From Candidatus Latescibacterota bacterium (GTDB lineage: Bacteria; Latescibacterota; UBA2968; UBA8231): DNA of 64,000 nucleotides. Each line of letters opens with the position of its first letter. The first letter of the stretch is position 1. The DNA lies in contig OY730476.1 in the NCBI GenBank assembly GCA_963422735.1, positions 3,648,001 to 3,712,000 on the forward strand, written 5' to 3'. The notes below the pieces were generated by a model that saw nothing but the letters and a program-made list of their open reading frames with translations, was not told the origin of the DNA and ran no database searches. Position numbers and translations under genes: made by a program. Of the stretch, positions 1 through 10,372 are shown piece by piece.

Positions 1-2
1 AC

Positions 3-1949
3 GTGAGTTGGCTCGTCTTGGCCGCATGGGCGGCGGCCGATGCGCAGTACTCGCTCAACTTCAGCCGATCCAGTACCCGAACCTCTTGGAAGCACCGGTT
101 GCCTAGCTGGAACTACTCGACGCCCGTGCTGTTTTCGGCGGTGGAGGACTCGACTTCCAAGCTGACGATTACCGCATCGGCGAATATGGGGTTTACCCTC
201 GACGATCGCAGCGGCGGCAAGAGTTGGCAGGACAATGCCTCTGGCCGAACTTCGATCAACTATCCCATTCTCGGCCCAAAGGCCACCATCAGCCTCGGTG
301 CCAGCATGAACACCAGCAACCGAACGCTACAGAAGCAGAAGACACACAGGCGCTCCTTTAACTTTGGATTTAGGTCCAAGCCGTTGAGTAGCGGCCCATT
401 CAAGAGCCTGAGCACCAGCCTGACCCCGAGCCTAATCTCTGCCACCCGCGCTACCCGTGCTAACCTCGATAGCACTATCGAGGAGGCCGGGATCCGCTAC
501 AATGCTTCGCTGAGGGTCTCGCCCGACGTCGAGATTGCGGGCAAGAAGCTGAACAACTCGATTTCGCTAAGCAAAATAGACGATACGCTCGAGCACAACA
601 AAGATCGCAGCGAGCGGCTGAGCGGCAACGTGAGCTATACCTTCCCCGGCGAGGTGCGCGTCGGTCTAAGTATGTCTGAGAACCGCTCTCAGAAAGGCTT
701 CACGCGCCGCGCCATCAGCGCGGCCGTAGCCGGCGAGGCCGTGCTGCGCGACACGGTGGTCAGCGCCGAGCTATCGGAAACGCGCGGTACTAGCGTTTCC
801 TCCAACATAGAATTCGATTTGGGGCGCTTCAAAATAAAAAACCGCGCTTCTTACAGTCAGAACGAGCGCACCAACACCGCCAACGCGGTCCAGGACTTAG
901 ACAACCGCTTCTTCGGCACCGACCGCCTCGGCGAGAACTTTAGCTGGGATGCCTCCCTTTCGGGTAAGTTGGTCGAGAAGCTAGTTCTCAACACTAGCGT
1001 CCGCTTCAAAGGCAGCAATGTGCGCAGGCTGGCGGTGTGGGTACCCGATACCAGCCTTTGCGATAGCCACTTCACGCGCTCGGCGGACGGAACGTGCCGC
1101 GATCCAAGCTCCGACCTCGGCGACCGCAACCTCTTTCTCAACGGCTCTCTCAACTGGCCTTTATCCGATGTACACTCGCTGCGGCTGGCGACCTTTGGCG
1201 AGATCAAACGCTCGGAGAATCCAGGGGACCCCAAGCAGGATCGCGACACCTTCAACAACAGCGTTACCCTCAGCTACGACGCTACCCTGCGCTCGGGCAC
1301 CAAGCTCAACGTCGATCTCAAAAACAGCTTTTTGCACCGCGTGAACATGCACGCCACCCGCGCCGGAGACAACTCGCGCAACCGCGACATTTCGCTCAAT
1401 ATCGGCACTAACTACCAGCGTTTGGGCGCGTCCTTTTCGCACAGATTCAGCGTCTCGGCAAGGCGCACCATTTACGATTTCGACCGCCAAGTCAATCGCC
1501 GCGAGTCGTCGCGCAAAAGCAATATCCGCCGCGGCTGGAGCATGGGGCACTCGCTGCGGCGCAAGGTCTTCGACGACCTCTCGCTCAACACGCGCTACAA
1601 CTACTCGGCCGACGATGACGGCACCTTGATCTTGGAAAACGGTGCCCAGATTGTCGAAGAGGAAAACGCCAGATACTCCATCCAATTCGGCATGACCTAC
1701 TCGCCCAGCTCTGGCTACTCGGCCGGCGCAAGCTACGCCTACAAGCTCTCCCGCAAGTGGGATTACGATTATTCCACGCTCCCACAGTCGCGCTCCCTCA
1801 ACCGCTCCAATAAACACCGGACGCTGTCGGCGAACTTCAACTACAAGCCGGTCGGCAGCGACAACAAGCTCATCTTGCGCGGCAGCCGCAATCACCAGCG
1901 CAGCGGTACTTTTAACAGCTTGACTGTAACCTATACGCGATCGCTGTAA
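3..1949 (+). CDS. Putative outer-membrane beta-barrel protein (5' end may lie outside the window)
   Basis: N-terminal hydrophobic/AxA signal-like segment; Ser/Asn/Arg-rich sequence with alternating amphipathic strands; ends in a beta-signal-like LTVTYTRSL. Confidence 0.55.
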   Translation: MSWLVLAAWAAADAQYSLNFSRSSTRTSWKHRLPSWNYSTPVLFSAVEDSTSKLTITASANMGFTLDDRSGGKSWQDNASGRTSINYPILGPKATISLGASMNTSNRTLQKQKTHRRSFNFGFRSKPLSSGPFKSLSTSLTPSLISATRATRANLDSTIEEAGIRYNASLRVSPDVEIAGKKLNNSISLSKIDDTLEHNKDRSERLSGNVSYTFPGEVRVGLSMSENRSQKGFTRRAISAAVAGEAVLRDTVVSAELSETRGTSVSSNIEFDLGRFKIKNRASYSQNERTNTANAVQDLDNRFFGTDRLGENFSWDASLSGKLVEKLVLNTSVRFKGSNVRRLAVWVPDTSLCDSHFTRSADGTCRDPSSDLGDRNLFLNGSLNWPLSDVHSLRLATFGEIKRSENPGDPKQDRDTFNNSVTLSYDATLRSGTKLNVDLKNSFLHRVNMHATRAGDNSRNRDISLNIGTNYQRLGASFSHRFSVSARRTIYDFDRQVNRRESSRKSNIRRGWSMGHSLRRKVFDDLSLNTRYNYSADDDGTLILENGAQIVEEENARYSIQFGMTYSPSSGYSAGASYAYKLSRKWDYDYSTLPQSRSLNRSNKHRTLSANFNYKPVGSDNKLILRGSRNHQRSGTFNSLTVTYTRSL

Positions 1950-2024
1950 TCGCTTAACACTGGTAACAGTTTCGCAGTGGTGTTACCTTAATTAATCGCA
2001 TACTTGCCCAAGGAGATTTTCTGC

Positions 2025-2945
2025 ATGCCCCTACCCAAATGCGATAAAATCTGGTTCAATGGCCAATTGGTCGATTGGGACGACGCCAAGATCCACGTGC
2101 TCTCTCACGTAGTACACTACGGATCGAGCGTCTTTGAAGGCGTTCGCTGTTACAAGACAGCGAAAGGCTCGGCCGTATTCCGCCTCGACGAGCACGTCAA
2201 CAGGCTATTTGATTCCGCCAAGATCTACCGCATGGAAATTCCCTATACGCGAGCGGAGATCAGAGAGGCCATCCTCGAGACGATCCGCGTCAACCAACTC
2301 GCGGCCTGCTATATCCGCCCGGTCGTCTTCCGCGGCTATGAGAACTTGGGAGTTGATCCGATGGGATGCCCGGTTGACGCAGTGATCGCCGTTTGGGAGT
2401 GGGGAGAGTACCTCGGAGAGGCCGCGCTCAAAAACGGCGTTTCGGTCTGCACCTCGTCGTGGAATCGCATGGCCCCGAATACGTTCCCCGCCTTGGCCAA
2501 GGCCGGCGGCAACTACCTCAGCTCGCAGCTCGTGAGAATCGAAGCCAATGCGAACGGCTATGACGAGGGCATTGTCTTGGGAACGGATGGATTGGTGAGC
2601 GAGGGCAGCGGCGAGAACATCTTTGTCGTCAAGAACGGCTCGATTTACACGCCCGAGTCGTGTTTTGCCATCCTGCCGGGCATTACCCGCCACACCGCCA
2701 TTACTCTGATACGCGATCTGGGGATGCGAGTCGAGCAGCGCGGTATTCCGCGTGAGTTCCTCTACATCGCCGACGAGGTGTTCTTCACTGGCACGGCCGC
2801 CGAAATCACGCCGATCCGCGCCATAGACCAAGTGCAGGTCGGCTGTGGAAAGTGCGGGCCGATCACCGCGCAGATACAAGACGCCTTTTTCGCAGTGGTT
2901 CGCGTCGAAGTCGAGGATCGGCACGGGTGGCTGACCTTTGTGTGA
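2025..2945 (+). CDS. ilvE: Branched-chain amino acid aminotransferase (PLP fold IV)
   Basis: [20 protein letters not shown] (PLP Lys), [15 protein letters not shown] and FFTGTAAE motifs; AGGAGA RBS at 2011 before ATG 2025. Confidence 0.96.
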   Translation: MPLPKCDKIWFNGQLVDWDDAKIHVLSHVVHYGSSVFEGVRCYKTAKGSAVFRLDEHVNRLFDSAKIYRMEIPYTRAEIREAILETIRVNQLAACYIRPVVFRGYENLGVDPMGCPVDAVIAVWEWGEYLGEAALKNGVSVCTSSWNRMAPNTFPALAKAGGNYLSSQLVRIEANANGYDEGIVLGTDGLVSEGSGENIFVVKNGSIYTPESCFAILPGITRHTAITLIRDLGMRVEQRGIPREFLYIADEVFFTGTAAEITPIRAIDQVQVGCGKCGPITAQIQDAFFAVVRVEVEDRHGWLTFV

Positions 2946-2978
2946 TGGATTGGGTATAGCTAATACAAAGGAAAGAAT

Positions 2979-4814
2979 ATGCCGAAAGTTAGAATGTTCG
3001 TAGTGGTTGCTTGGCTGGGCATCTGCGTCGTCGGCCATGCCGCAGCTGAGGAAGGGGCATGGGAGGTGATACAGAAAATTCTCATAAGTACCAAGGATAT
3101 CGTCGTGCTCGATGGCACCAAGAAGGTGCCGCTGCGCTACGAGGGAGCAGAAAAGCCGACCCCCGGCGACTGGATGGTGCGCCACCTGCTGTCCGACCCC
3201 GAAAAACTCAACCCGTACACCTCCAACGATGCCGCTGCTAGCCGGGTGCTAGATCATATCTTTGAGAGTCTGCTCGACGCCGACCATGAGCCGCCGTACA
3301 ACTTGCGGGGGTGGGTGGCCGTCGGCTATCCAGAGGTTGCCGCGGACAAACTCACGTACACGTTTGAGTTACGCGACGGGGTTTACTTCTCAGACGGCAA
3401 GCCGCTGACGGCCGCGGACGTCGTCTTCAGCATGAAGGTCATCCACAACCCCCAAGTGCTAGCTCCGCATCTGCGCAACTACTATGCTACCGTCCAAGAT
3501 GTGCAGATCGTGGGGACTAACAAAGTCCGCTTCCTTTGCCGCGAGCCTTATTTCCGCAACGCTCTGATCTTGGGCGGCCTCGACATTCTGCCCAAGCATT
3601 TCTACGACCCGGAGGGGCTAATGGACCCAGTCGAGGTCCAGAGCTTGGTGGACGGCTCTTGGGAGGCGGGGCCGCACGAGGAACGGGTTGAGCGCTTTGC
3701 CGGACAATTCAACCAAAATTTCAACCGCAAGGTACTAGGCTCGGGGCCGTATATAATCGAAGATCCAGAGCGCGATTTGGTCACTCAGCAGAAGATCGTG
3801 CTGACGCGGGATGCAAACTACTGGGGTTGGGACGTGGAAGGGCTGCTGTCGCCCGGCTTTGTCGATAAGATCGTCTTTAACATCATCAACAATACAGACG
3901 CGGCGTTCATCGAGTTGACCAACGGCCACCTCGACTACCACAACCTGCGTCCTCTGGAGTTCAAGGAAAAGAGCTGGTCGGAAGACTTTAACCGCCGCTT
4001 CCTCAAGGGCGTTAGCTACGCCGGTGGCTATATGTACATAGGATGGAACAACAGTCATCCAATTTTTGGCGATAAGCGGGTGCGCCAAGCCATGACCTAT
4101 CTGACCGACCGCGAGGGCATGGTGGAGAACATTATGTTCGGCTTGGCCGAGACAGTAGAAGGGCCGATCCACAAGTTCCGCCCGGAGTACAACCACGACC
4201 TCGCTCCGTACACCTACGACCCCGACCGCGCCCTCGACCTGCTGGCGGAGGCTGGCTGGGCGGACGCCGATGAGGACGGCATTTTCGACAAGACCATTGA
4301 CGGGGAGTTGGTGCCATTTCGCTTTGAGATTTTGGTCAACTCGGGCAACCAGACCCGCAAAGACATCGCCCTGACTCTGCAATACGAGTTGCAGGATATC
4401 GGCATTGACTGCCAAGTGCGCGAGCTAGACTGGTCGATCTTTCTGCAAAAGGTCCGAGGCAAGGAATTCGACGCCATGGTGCTGGGCTGGACCGGTAGCC
4501 TGCGTTTTGCTCCCGACGGCTACCAAATCTGGCATTCCTCGCAGACAGTAGAGAACGGTTCCAACTCGGTGAGCTTCATAAACGCCGAGGTTGATCAAAT
4601 TTTGGAAGACTACCGCCGCGAGTTCGACATGGACAAGCGCATTGAACTCTACCGCCGCTTTCAGGAAATCCTGCACGAGGAACAGCCATATACCTTCATG
4701 TGGAAATCGCGCTCGCCCCAAGCCTATAGCCGGCGCTTCAGTGGCGTTACTTGGTATCCCCCCGGCGTCCGCTTGCAAGACTGGTGGGTCGCGCAGGAAG
4801 AGCAGATGTACTAA
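2979..4814 (+). CDS. Peptide/nickel ABC transporter substrate-binding protein (family 5, OppA/AppA-like)
   Basis: Signal peptide; DPEKLNP, YTFELRDGVYFSDGKPLTAADVVFS, GSGPY, DKRVRQA and LHEEQPY motifs. Confidence 0.93.
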   Translation: MPKVRMFVVVAWLGICVVGHAAAEEGAWEVIQKILISTKDIVVLDGTKKVPLRYEGAEKPTPGDWMVRHLLSDPEKLNPYTSNDAAASRVLDHIFESLLDADHEPPYNLRGWVAVGYPEVAADKLTYTFELRDGVYFSDGKPLTAADVVFSMKVIHNPQVLAPHLRNYYATVQDVQIVGTNKVRFLCREPYFRNALILGGLDILPKHFYDPEGLMDPVEVQSLVDGSWEAGPHEERVERFAGQFNQNFNRKVLGSGPYIIEDPERDLVTQQKIVLTRDANYWGWDVEGLLSPGFVDKIVFNIINNTDAAFIELTNGHLDYHNLRPLEFKEKSWSEDFNRRFLKGVSYAGGYMYIGWNNSHPIFGDKRVRQAMTYLTDREGMVENIMFGLAETVEGPIHKFRPEYNHDLAPYTYDPDRALDLLAEAGWADADEDGIFDKTIDGELVPFRFEILVNSGNQTRKDIALTLQYELQDIGIDCQVRELDWSIFLQKVRGKEFDAMVLGWTGSLRFAPDGYQIWHSSQTVENGSNSVSFINAEVDQILEDYRREFDMDKRIELYRRFQEILHEEQPYTFMWKSRSPQAYSRRFSGVTWYPPGVRLQDWWVAQEEQMY

Positions 4815-4828
4815 CTAAGGCGCTTTCT

Positions 4829-5245
4829 GTGTCCTCCGCAGACCTCCTCCGCTGGGAGAGCCTCCCCCTGCGCCGGGAGAAGCTAGCCAAATCAATACTG
4901 CTGGTCTTACTAATCGTCGCTTCCTCAGCGGCAGCGGCTTTTGGTTTTGAGCATTGGTTTTACGGAGTGTTTTCACTCGGAGCATTGACCGTCTCGCTGT
5001 CGCGCTATTTCTTTCCTACGCGCTACGCGCTCGACAGCGAAGGGGTCAGCAGCGAACACCTCGGCCTTAAACAGCGCCGTCCTTGGGCGGAATTCCATCG
5101 AGCAGACGAGTACCGAGATGGCATTTTTTTACATCCGTCTGTCCGTCCGGGTCGGCTGGATTCCTTTCGCGGCGTTTTTGTGCGCTTCGACCAAAACCGC
5201 GAAGAAGTTGTGCGTTTCGTCCGGTGCCATGTTCCGAATCAATAG
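4829..5245 (+). CDS. Hypothetical membrane protein (2 TM plus PH-like C-terminal domain)
   Basis: GTG after TAAGG; two hydrophobic helices followed by FFPTRYALDSEGV...RRPWAEF; closely packed between neighbours. Confidence 0.7.
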   Translation: MSSADLLRWESLPLRREKLAKSILLVLLIVASSAAAAFGFEHWFYGVFSLGALTVSLSRYFFPTRYALDSEGVSSEHLGLKQRRPWAEFHRADEYRDGIFLHPSVRPGRLDSFRGVFVRFDQNREEVVRFVRCHVPNQ

Positions 5246-5564
5246 CTTAAAAGCGCAGTGGCGGCATGCTTTTGCCCTCGAAGACCCAGAGTCGAGTTGG
5301 TCTGAGGACGAGTGTGCGCTCGCCGAGCGGCTGGCTGAGTTTATAGTACGTCGCCGCATGGGAGCGGCCGCGTCCATGGCGTTGGAGGCCTGCCGCCCCC
5401 TCAACTTTTTGGGCAGCCAAGCCCTGACCTTTTTGGCTCCGTTTGCCACGTTGGTCTTTTCGCGTGACGAGTACCAGCACTTTACGCGCATGTTGGAGCG
5501 ACGCCAGTGCATAGACCTGCTCGCGAAGGCCATTGCCCAGCGCGAAGGCCAAAAGCATGGATAA
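5229..5564 (+). CDS. Hypothetical protein (small, helical)
   Basis: ATG 5229 overlaps the upstream gene and the stop overlaps the glmL-like start; LEACRPLNFLGSQAL motif. Confidence 0.7.
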   Translation: MFRINSLKAQWRHAFALEDPESSWSEDECALAERLAEFIVRRRMGAAASMALEACRPLNFLGSQALTFLAPFATLVFSRDEYQHFTRMLERRQCIDLLAKAIAQREGQKHG

Positions 5565-7338
5565 CCTCAACGTAGTTATCGCTACGGACTGTGGTAGTAC
5601 GACGACCAAGGCGATCCTGATCGAAAAGAAGGACGAAGGGTATCGCCAGACCTTTCGCGGAGAGGCCCCAACCACGGTCGAGGCCCCCTTTGAAGACGTA
5701 ACCCGGGGAGTGCTCAATGCCATTCAAGAGGTCGAAGAGCTTTCTGGACGGCAAATCCTCGATGGCGAGCGGATTATCACTCCGGCAGACGGCGATGTTG
5801 GGGTCGATATCTACATCTCGACGAGCAGTGCCGGCGGTGGGTTGCAGATGGTGGTGGCCGGCGTGGTACTGGCGATGACCGGCGAGAGCGCACAGCGCTG
5901 TGCTTTGGGTGCCGGGGCAATCGTCATGGACGCGCTCGCTGCCAACGATGGGCGCTTGCCCCACGAAAAAATAGAGCGCATCCGCCAATTGCGTCCCGAT
6001 ATGGTGCTGCTGTCGGGCGGTACGGATGGCGGCACCGTCAGCCACGTGGTCGAACTGGCCGAATTCATCAGCGCCGCCGATCCCAAACCCCGCTTTGGCG
6101 CGGGTTTCAAGCTACCGGTTATTTTTGCAGGCAATGAGGACGCGCACGAGGAGGTCGAAAAGGCACTGGGGGGGAAGATGGCCCTGACCGTTACCGAGAA
6201 TATCCGCCCAGTGCTCGAAGAGGAAAATCTGGACCCGGCGCGGCACGTCATTCACGACCTCTTTCTCGAACATGTCATGGCGCAGGCACCTGGCTACCGC
6301 AAGCTGATGGGCTGGACCGGCGCGCCGATTATGCCGACGCCCGGGGCGGTGGGCCAGATCATGCAGACCATTGCCTGCCAGCAGGAGATCAACGTCGTCG
6401 GTGTGGATATCGGTGGGGCGACAACCGATGTGTTCAGCGTCTTCGACGGCGTGTTCAACCGCACGGTCAGTGCCAATCTCGGCATGTCCTATAGCGTCTC
6501 CAACGTGTTGGTCGAGGCCGGCCTCGACCACATCATGCGCTGGGTTCCTTTCGACATTGAGGAGGTCGACCTCCGAGACCGGATCAAAAACAAGATGATC
6601 CGCCCGACGACCATCCCGCAGCTAATGCAGGAATTGCAAGTTGAGCAAGCCATTGCCCGCGAGGCCCTGCGCCTAGCCTTTGATCAACATCGGGCGTTGG
6701 CGGTGGGATTGAAGGGGGTCCAGAGCAAGCGTACGCTGGCCGATGTCTTTGAGCAGAGTGCCACCGGCGAGAGTTTAGTCGAGATGATGACGCTGGACAT
6801 GCTAGTCGGCAGCGGCGGAGTGCTCTCGCATGCGCCCCGCCGCGAGCAGAGTTGCGCCATGCTCATAGATGCCTTCCAGCCCGAGGGCCTCACCCGCTTG
6901 GCGGTCGATAGCATCTTTATGATGCCCCACTTAGGGGTGCTCTCGACTGTTGACGAGCGGGCCGCCACCGAGGTTTTCGAGCGCGATTGCCTGATCTACT
7001 TGGGCACTTGTGTGGCCCCCGTCGGCGAAGGTAAGGACGGCGAGGTCTGCCTCCAATACGAAATGCAACTGCCCAGCGAGCGTCGAACCGGCCAGTTGCA
7101 GGTCGGCCAGCTACAGTGGATGCCCTTGGCCGATGGCGAGGGGGTCGAAATCTCACTCCAGCCAGCGCGGCGTTGGGATGTGGGTGCTGGCCCGGGGCAG
7201 GCCCTAAATGCGCGGGTGTTCGGCGGGGTCGTGGGGCTAGTGCTGGACGGCCGCGGGCGGCCCATCCAGATGGCGACAGACCGCGACCGCCGTCGTCAGA
7301 TAAGCGACTGGCAGCAGGCGTTAAACTTATACGAGTAG
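5557..7338 (+). CDS. GlmL/MutL(glutamate mutase)-family ASKHA ATPase with C-terminal extension
   Basis: Phosphate-1 motif TDCGSTTTKA, SSAGGGL, PDMVLLSGGTDGG, MPTPGAV, phosphate-2 motif VDIGGATTDVFS, RTVSANLGM, adenosine motif GSGGVLSH. Confidence 0.85.
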   Translation: MDNLNVVIATDCGSTTTKAILIEKKDEGYRQTFRGEAPTTVEAPFEDVTRGVLNAIQEVEELSGRQILDGERIITPADGDVGVDIYISTSSAGGGLQMVVAGVVLAMTGESAQRCALGAGAIVMDALAANDGRLPHEKIERIRQLRPDMVLLSGGTDGGTVSHVVELAEFISAADPKPRFGAGFKLPVIFAGNEDAHEEVEKALGGKMALTVTENIRPVLEEENLDPARHVIHDLFLEHVMAQAPGYRKLMGWTGAPIMPTPGAVGQIMQTIACQQEINVVGVDIGGATTDVFSVFDGVFNRTVSANLGMSYSVSNVLVEAGLDHIMRWVPFDIEEVDLRDRIKNKMIRPTTIPQLMQELQVEQAIAREALRLAFDQHRALAVGLKGVQSKRTLADVFEQSATGESLVEMMTLDMLVGSGGVLSHAPRREQSCAMLIDAFQPEGLTRLAVDSIFMMPHLGVLSTVDERAATEVFERDCLIYLGTCVAPVGEGKDGEVCLQYEMQLPSERRTGQLQVGQLQWMPLADGEGVEISLQPARRWDVGAGPGQALNARVFGGVVGLVLDGRGRPIQMATDRDRRRQISDWQQALNLYE

Positions 7339-7341
7339 CTC

Positions 7342-8457
7342 ATGGCCCACGCTTATACTCCTGGACTGCGCGTGACGCAATATGCAGTCGTCCACAAAGA
7401 GCGGCGTTTGCCCCTCAAAGGCGAAATTGTCGTCGAGCGCGGTCAAGTGGTGCGACGAAACCAAGTTGTGGCCCGCACCGAACTGCTGGGCGAGGTGGCG
7501 ATTCTTAACTTGGTAAACCGCTTGGGCATTTCGCCGCAAGAGCTATCCGGCTACATGCTCAAAAAAGAGGGCGACCGAGTCGAAGCCGGCGAGCCACTCG
7601 CCGAAACCAAGCCGTTTATTCGATGGTTCAAGACCACCATTGAATCCCCGGTCAGCGGCACAGTCGAGAGCATTTCGCCGGTGACGGGCCAGGTGATACT
7701 AAGGCAAGCTCCTAAGCCTGTCGAAGTCTTGGCGTACGTCGATGGAGTCGTAGAGGAAATTTTTGTCGAAGAGGGCATACGCGTCGCAGCACGAGGTGCT
7801 TATATTCAGGGCATTTTTGGCGTGGGGGGTGAGTGCTGGGGTGCGCTGCACTTGGCGGTTGCGGCCCCGGATGCCATTGTCGGGCCGCTAGGCCCGGAAG
7901 TTGCGGGCAAGATTGTAGTGGTCGGCAGTCTGATTAGCGCGGAGACTGTGGAACAGGCCCGGCAGGCAGGTGCTGTGGGGTTGATCGGCGGCGGCCTGCG
8001 CGACCGCGACTTGCGCGACCTGCTCGGCCGCGATTTGGGCGTGGCCATCACCGGGACCGAGCAAATCGGCCTGACAGTGGTGGCGACCGAAGGCTTCGGC
8101 CGCGTCGCCATGGCCCGCAAGACCTTTGATATTCTGCGAGCCTGTGCCGGCATGGATGCGTCCATGGCTGGCGCGACCCAGATCCGTGCTGGCGTATTGC
8201 GGCCGGAGATTATCGTCCCCACAGCCGCTGACAAAGAGGAAGAAAAAGTGCGGCCGAGTGCTGGCGGGTTGCAGATGGGCGATTTGTTACGAGTGATTCG
8301 GATGCCTTATTTTGGGCGGATTGGGCGCGTCCGCGACTTGCCGACCGAGTTGTGCAAGGTGGAGTCCGGGGCATGGGTGCGGGTATTGGCAGTGGAGTTT
8401 GAAGGCGGGGAACAGGCGGTAGTGCCGAGGGCGAACGTAGAGCTGATTGAGGAATAA
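7342..8457 (+). CDS. Hypothetical soluble protein with barrel-sandwich-hybrid (biotinyl-lipoyl-like) segments and a C-terminal KOW motif
   Basis: KKEGDRVEAGEPLAE...SPVSGTVES hybrid motif; GDLLRVIRMPYFGRIGRV KOW-like motif; starts 3 bp after the glmL-like stop. Confidence 0.75.
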   Translation: MAHAYTPGLRVTQYAVVHKERRLPLKGEIVVERGQVVRRNQVVARTELLGEVAILNLVNRLGISPQELSGYMLKKEGDRVEAGEPLAETKPFIRWFKTTIESPVSGTVESISPVTGQVILRQAPKPVEVLAYVDGVVEEIFVEEGIRVAARGAYIQGIFGVGGECWGALHLAVAAPDAIVGPLGPEVAGKIVVVGSLISAETVEQARQAGAVGLIGGGLRDRDLRDLLGRDLGVAITGTEQIGLTVVATEGFGRVAMARKTFDILRACAGMDASMAGATQIRAGVLRPEIIVPTAADKEEEKVRPSAGGLQMGDLLRVIRMPYFGRIGRVRDLPTELCKVESGAWVRVLAVEFEGGEQAVVPRANVELIEE

Positions 8458-8461
8458 AGGC

Positions 8462-9706
8462 ATGAGAGTAAAAAACTGGGTATCTGCATTAGTCTTGGCT
8501 TGGCCGTTGGCGAGCGCGGCGGAGAATGCGGAACAGGCACTCGGCGCGTTGCTGGCACACCCTATGCCGCCGATCGAGGTCCAAGCCTTCGACACGCCCA
8601 ACGACGACGGGGGTAGCATTACGCTGACTTGGCCGCGAGATCGTCAGGTCGGTGAAAATGCGATGTATCAGGTCGCCATCGCCGATTCGCCCAGCGGGCC
8701 TTTTCGCGTCGTGGCTGAGGTAGCGGCAACGGAGAATTTGATGTCTGAGGTGCCAGCGCTCTTTGGACACGGGGACGATCTGGAGAATCACCACTATGTC
8801 AACGTCGAGGAATTCGCCGGCGCGGGCGGGAAGACGCCGCTAGAAGACGGCAAGACGTATTACTTTCACGTCGATGTGCGGTCGGCCGGGGGTGCAATTC
8901 GCGGCAAAGTGATCGTCAACGCCGAGTCCGCAGGCAATTTTTTTAATCGCGCCAAGGCCAACAATCTGGTATTGTGCCTCGTGTTCTCAGGGCTTATCAT
9001 GGGCTACATTGGCATTGCGCGGCGGCGCGAACTCAAGATCCGCCGCATCGCCGGGCTAGAGGCACTCGACGAGGCACTGGGGCGGGCGACCGAGATGGGC
9101 AAGCCGGTGCTTTTCATTCACGGCCTGCGCGGCATGGACTCGATATCAACCATTGCAGCGGTCAATATCTTGGGACGGGTCGCACGGCGTACTGCCGAAT
9201 ACGACACCGCGCTGCGAGTGGTGGCCCCAGATCCGGTGGTTATGTCTGTGAGTCAGGAGACGATGAAAGCCTCGTATATAGAGGCGGGACGGCCCGATGC
9301 CTTCAATCCCGACCACGTCTTCATCGCCGGTACTGAGCAGTTTAGCTATGCGGCAGCGGTCGAGGGCCTTATGATACGAGACCGGCCGGCGGCTCACATT
9401 ATGATGGGGTACTTCTACGCTGAGTCGCTGTTGTTGGCCGAGACGGGTTCGACGACCGGGGCGATTCAGATCGCCGGCACCGATGCCTTCACCCAGTTGC
9501 CATTCTTTATTACTACTTGCGACTATACCCTGCTCGGTGAAGAACTCTACGCAGCCAGTGCTTATCTATCAGGTGAGCCGAGGATGCTGGGATCCCTCAA
9601 AGGCCAAGACGCCGGTAAGGTCCTTATTTTGGCCGCCTTGGTGTTGGGCGCGTTTTTGGCGGTTTGGGATCTGCCCCAACTAACCCACTTCTTTACTCCT
9701 TATTGA
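8462..9706 (+). CDS. Membrane protein with signal peptide, FN3-like domain and DUF6754-like domain
   Basis: DTPNDDGGSITLTW FN3-like start; TM followed by IRRIAGLEALDEALGRATEMGKPV, GYFYAESLLLAE and LPFFITTCDYTLLGEELYAASAY; C-terminal TM. Confidence 0.75.
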   Translation: MRVKNWVSALVLAWPLASAAENAEQALGALLAHPMPPIEVQAFDTPNDDGGSITLTWPRDRQVGENAMYQVAIADSPSGPFRVVAEVAATENLMSEVPALFGHGDDLENHHYVNVEEFAGAGGKTPLEDGKTYYFHVDVRSAGGAIRGKVIVNAESAGNFFNRAKANNLVLCLVFSGLIMGYIGIARRRELKIRRIAGLEALDEALGRATEMGKPVLFIHGLRGMDSISTIAAVNILGRVARRTAEYDTALRVVAPDPVVMSVSQETMKASYIEAGRPDAFNPDHVFIAGTEQFSYAAAVEGLMIRDRPAAHIMMGYFYAESLLLAETGSTTGAIQIAGTDAFTQLPFFITTCDYTLLGEELYAASAYLSGEPRMLGSLKGQDAGKVLILAALVLGAFLAVWDLPQLTHFFTPY

Positions 9707-9715
9707 GGAGGGGCC

Positions 9716-10372
9716 ATGTTGTTTTTTAGCCGGACCTTACCACTGGCCGTCGCCTTAGTCTTTGGCCTGTTGGGCATTGCCATTTACTACATACCGCACG
9801 GCAATGCACAGGGCTTCGAGCGAGAAATGGCGAAGTGGGTGCGCATTATCTTCGCGTTTTCCTATCTGATCGGGCTCTACAGCCTGCTCAACTTGCACTG
9901 GCAGCGCATCCGCCAGCACGTCGCTGGTTGGGGCTACAGCTTCGTCGCCATCGCCAGCTTTGCGGTGATGATGTTCTTCGTCGCGTACAATGACGGGCAC
10001 GGCCCTTTTGCCGCTCAGGCCGAGGCCGGAGGCTACAATTGGCTCTTCAAGTACGTCCACCTGCCCTGTTCGGGGACCATGTTCTCGATCTTGGCTTTTT
10101 TCATTGCGTCGGCCGCGTACCGCACTTTTCGCGCCCGCACGTTCGAGGCCGCGCTTTTGCTAATTGCAGCCGTGATCGTCATGCTAGGCCGGGTGCCCAT
10201 CGGCCAGGAGCTGTCGGAGTTTTTTCCACAGGCGACCGATTGGCTGTTGAACGTGCCCAATTTGGCGGCCAAGCGCGGCATCCTGCTCGGGGTTTCGCTA
10301 GGGGCGATTGCGACCTCGCTGCGGATCATCTTCGGCATTGAGCGCGCTTACTTGGGTGGGGGAGACGAGTGA
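9716..10372 (+). CDS. Hypothetical polytopic membrane protein (~6 TM)
   Basis: GAGGAGG RBS; multiple hydrophobic helices; TMFSILAFFIASAAYRTFRAR and LRIIFGIER motifs. Confidence 0.8.
   Translation: MLFFSRTLPLAVALVFGLLGIAIYYIPHGNAQGFEREMAKWVRIIFAFSYLIGLYSLLNLHWQRIRQHVAGWGYSFVAIASFAVMMFFVAYNDGHGPFAAQAEAGGYNWLFKYVHLPCSGTMFSILAFFIASAAYRTFRARTFEAALLLIAAVIVMLGRVPIGQELSEFFPQATDWLLNVPNLAAKRGILLGVSLGAIATSLRIIFGIERAYLGGGDE

Noticed and set aside
1955-1990. Inverted repeat GGTAACA...TGTTACC upstream of ilvE as a regulator site or terminator
   Set aside because: Only 7-bp arms and no U-tract; too weak to call.
5557-7338. DNA mismatch-repair MutL or a functional glutamate mutase pathway
   Set aside because: The motifs are ASKHA-type, not GHKL, and no glmE/glmS or B12-binding DxHxxG protein occurs in the window.
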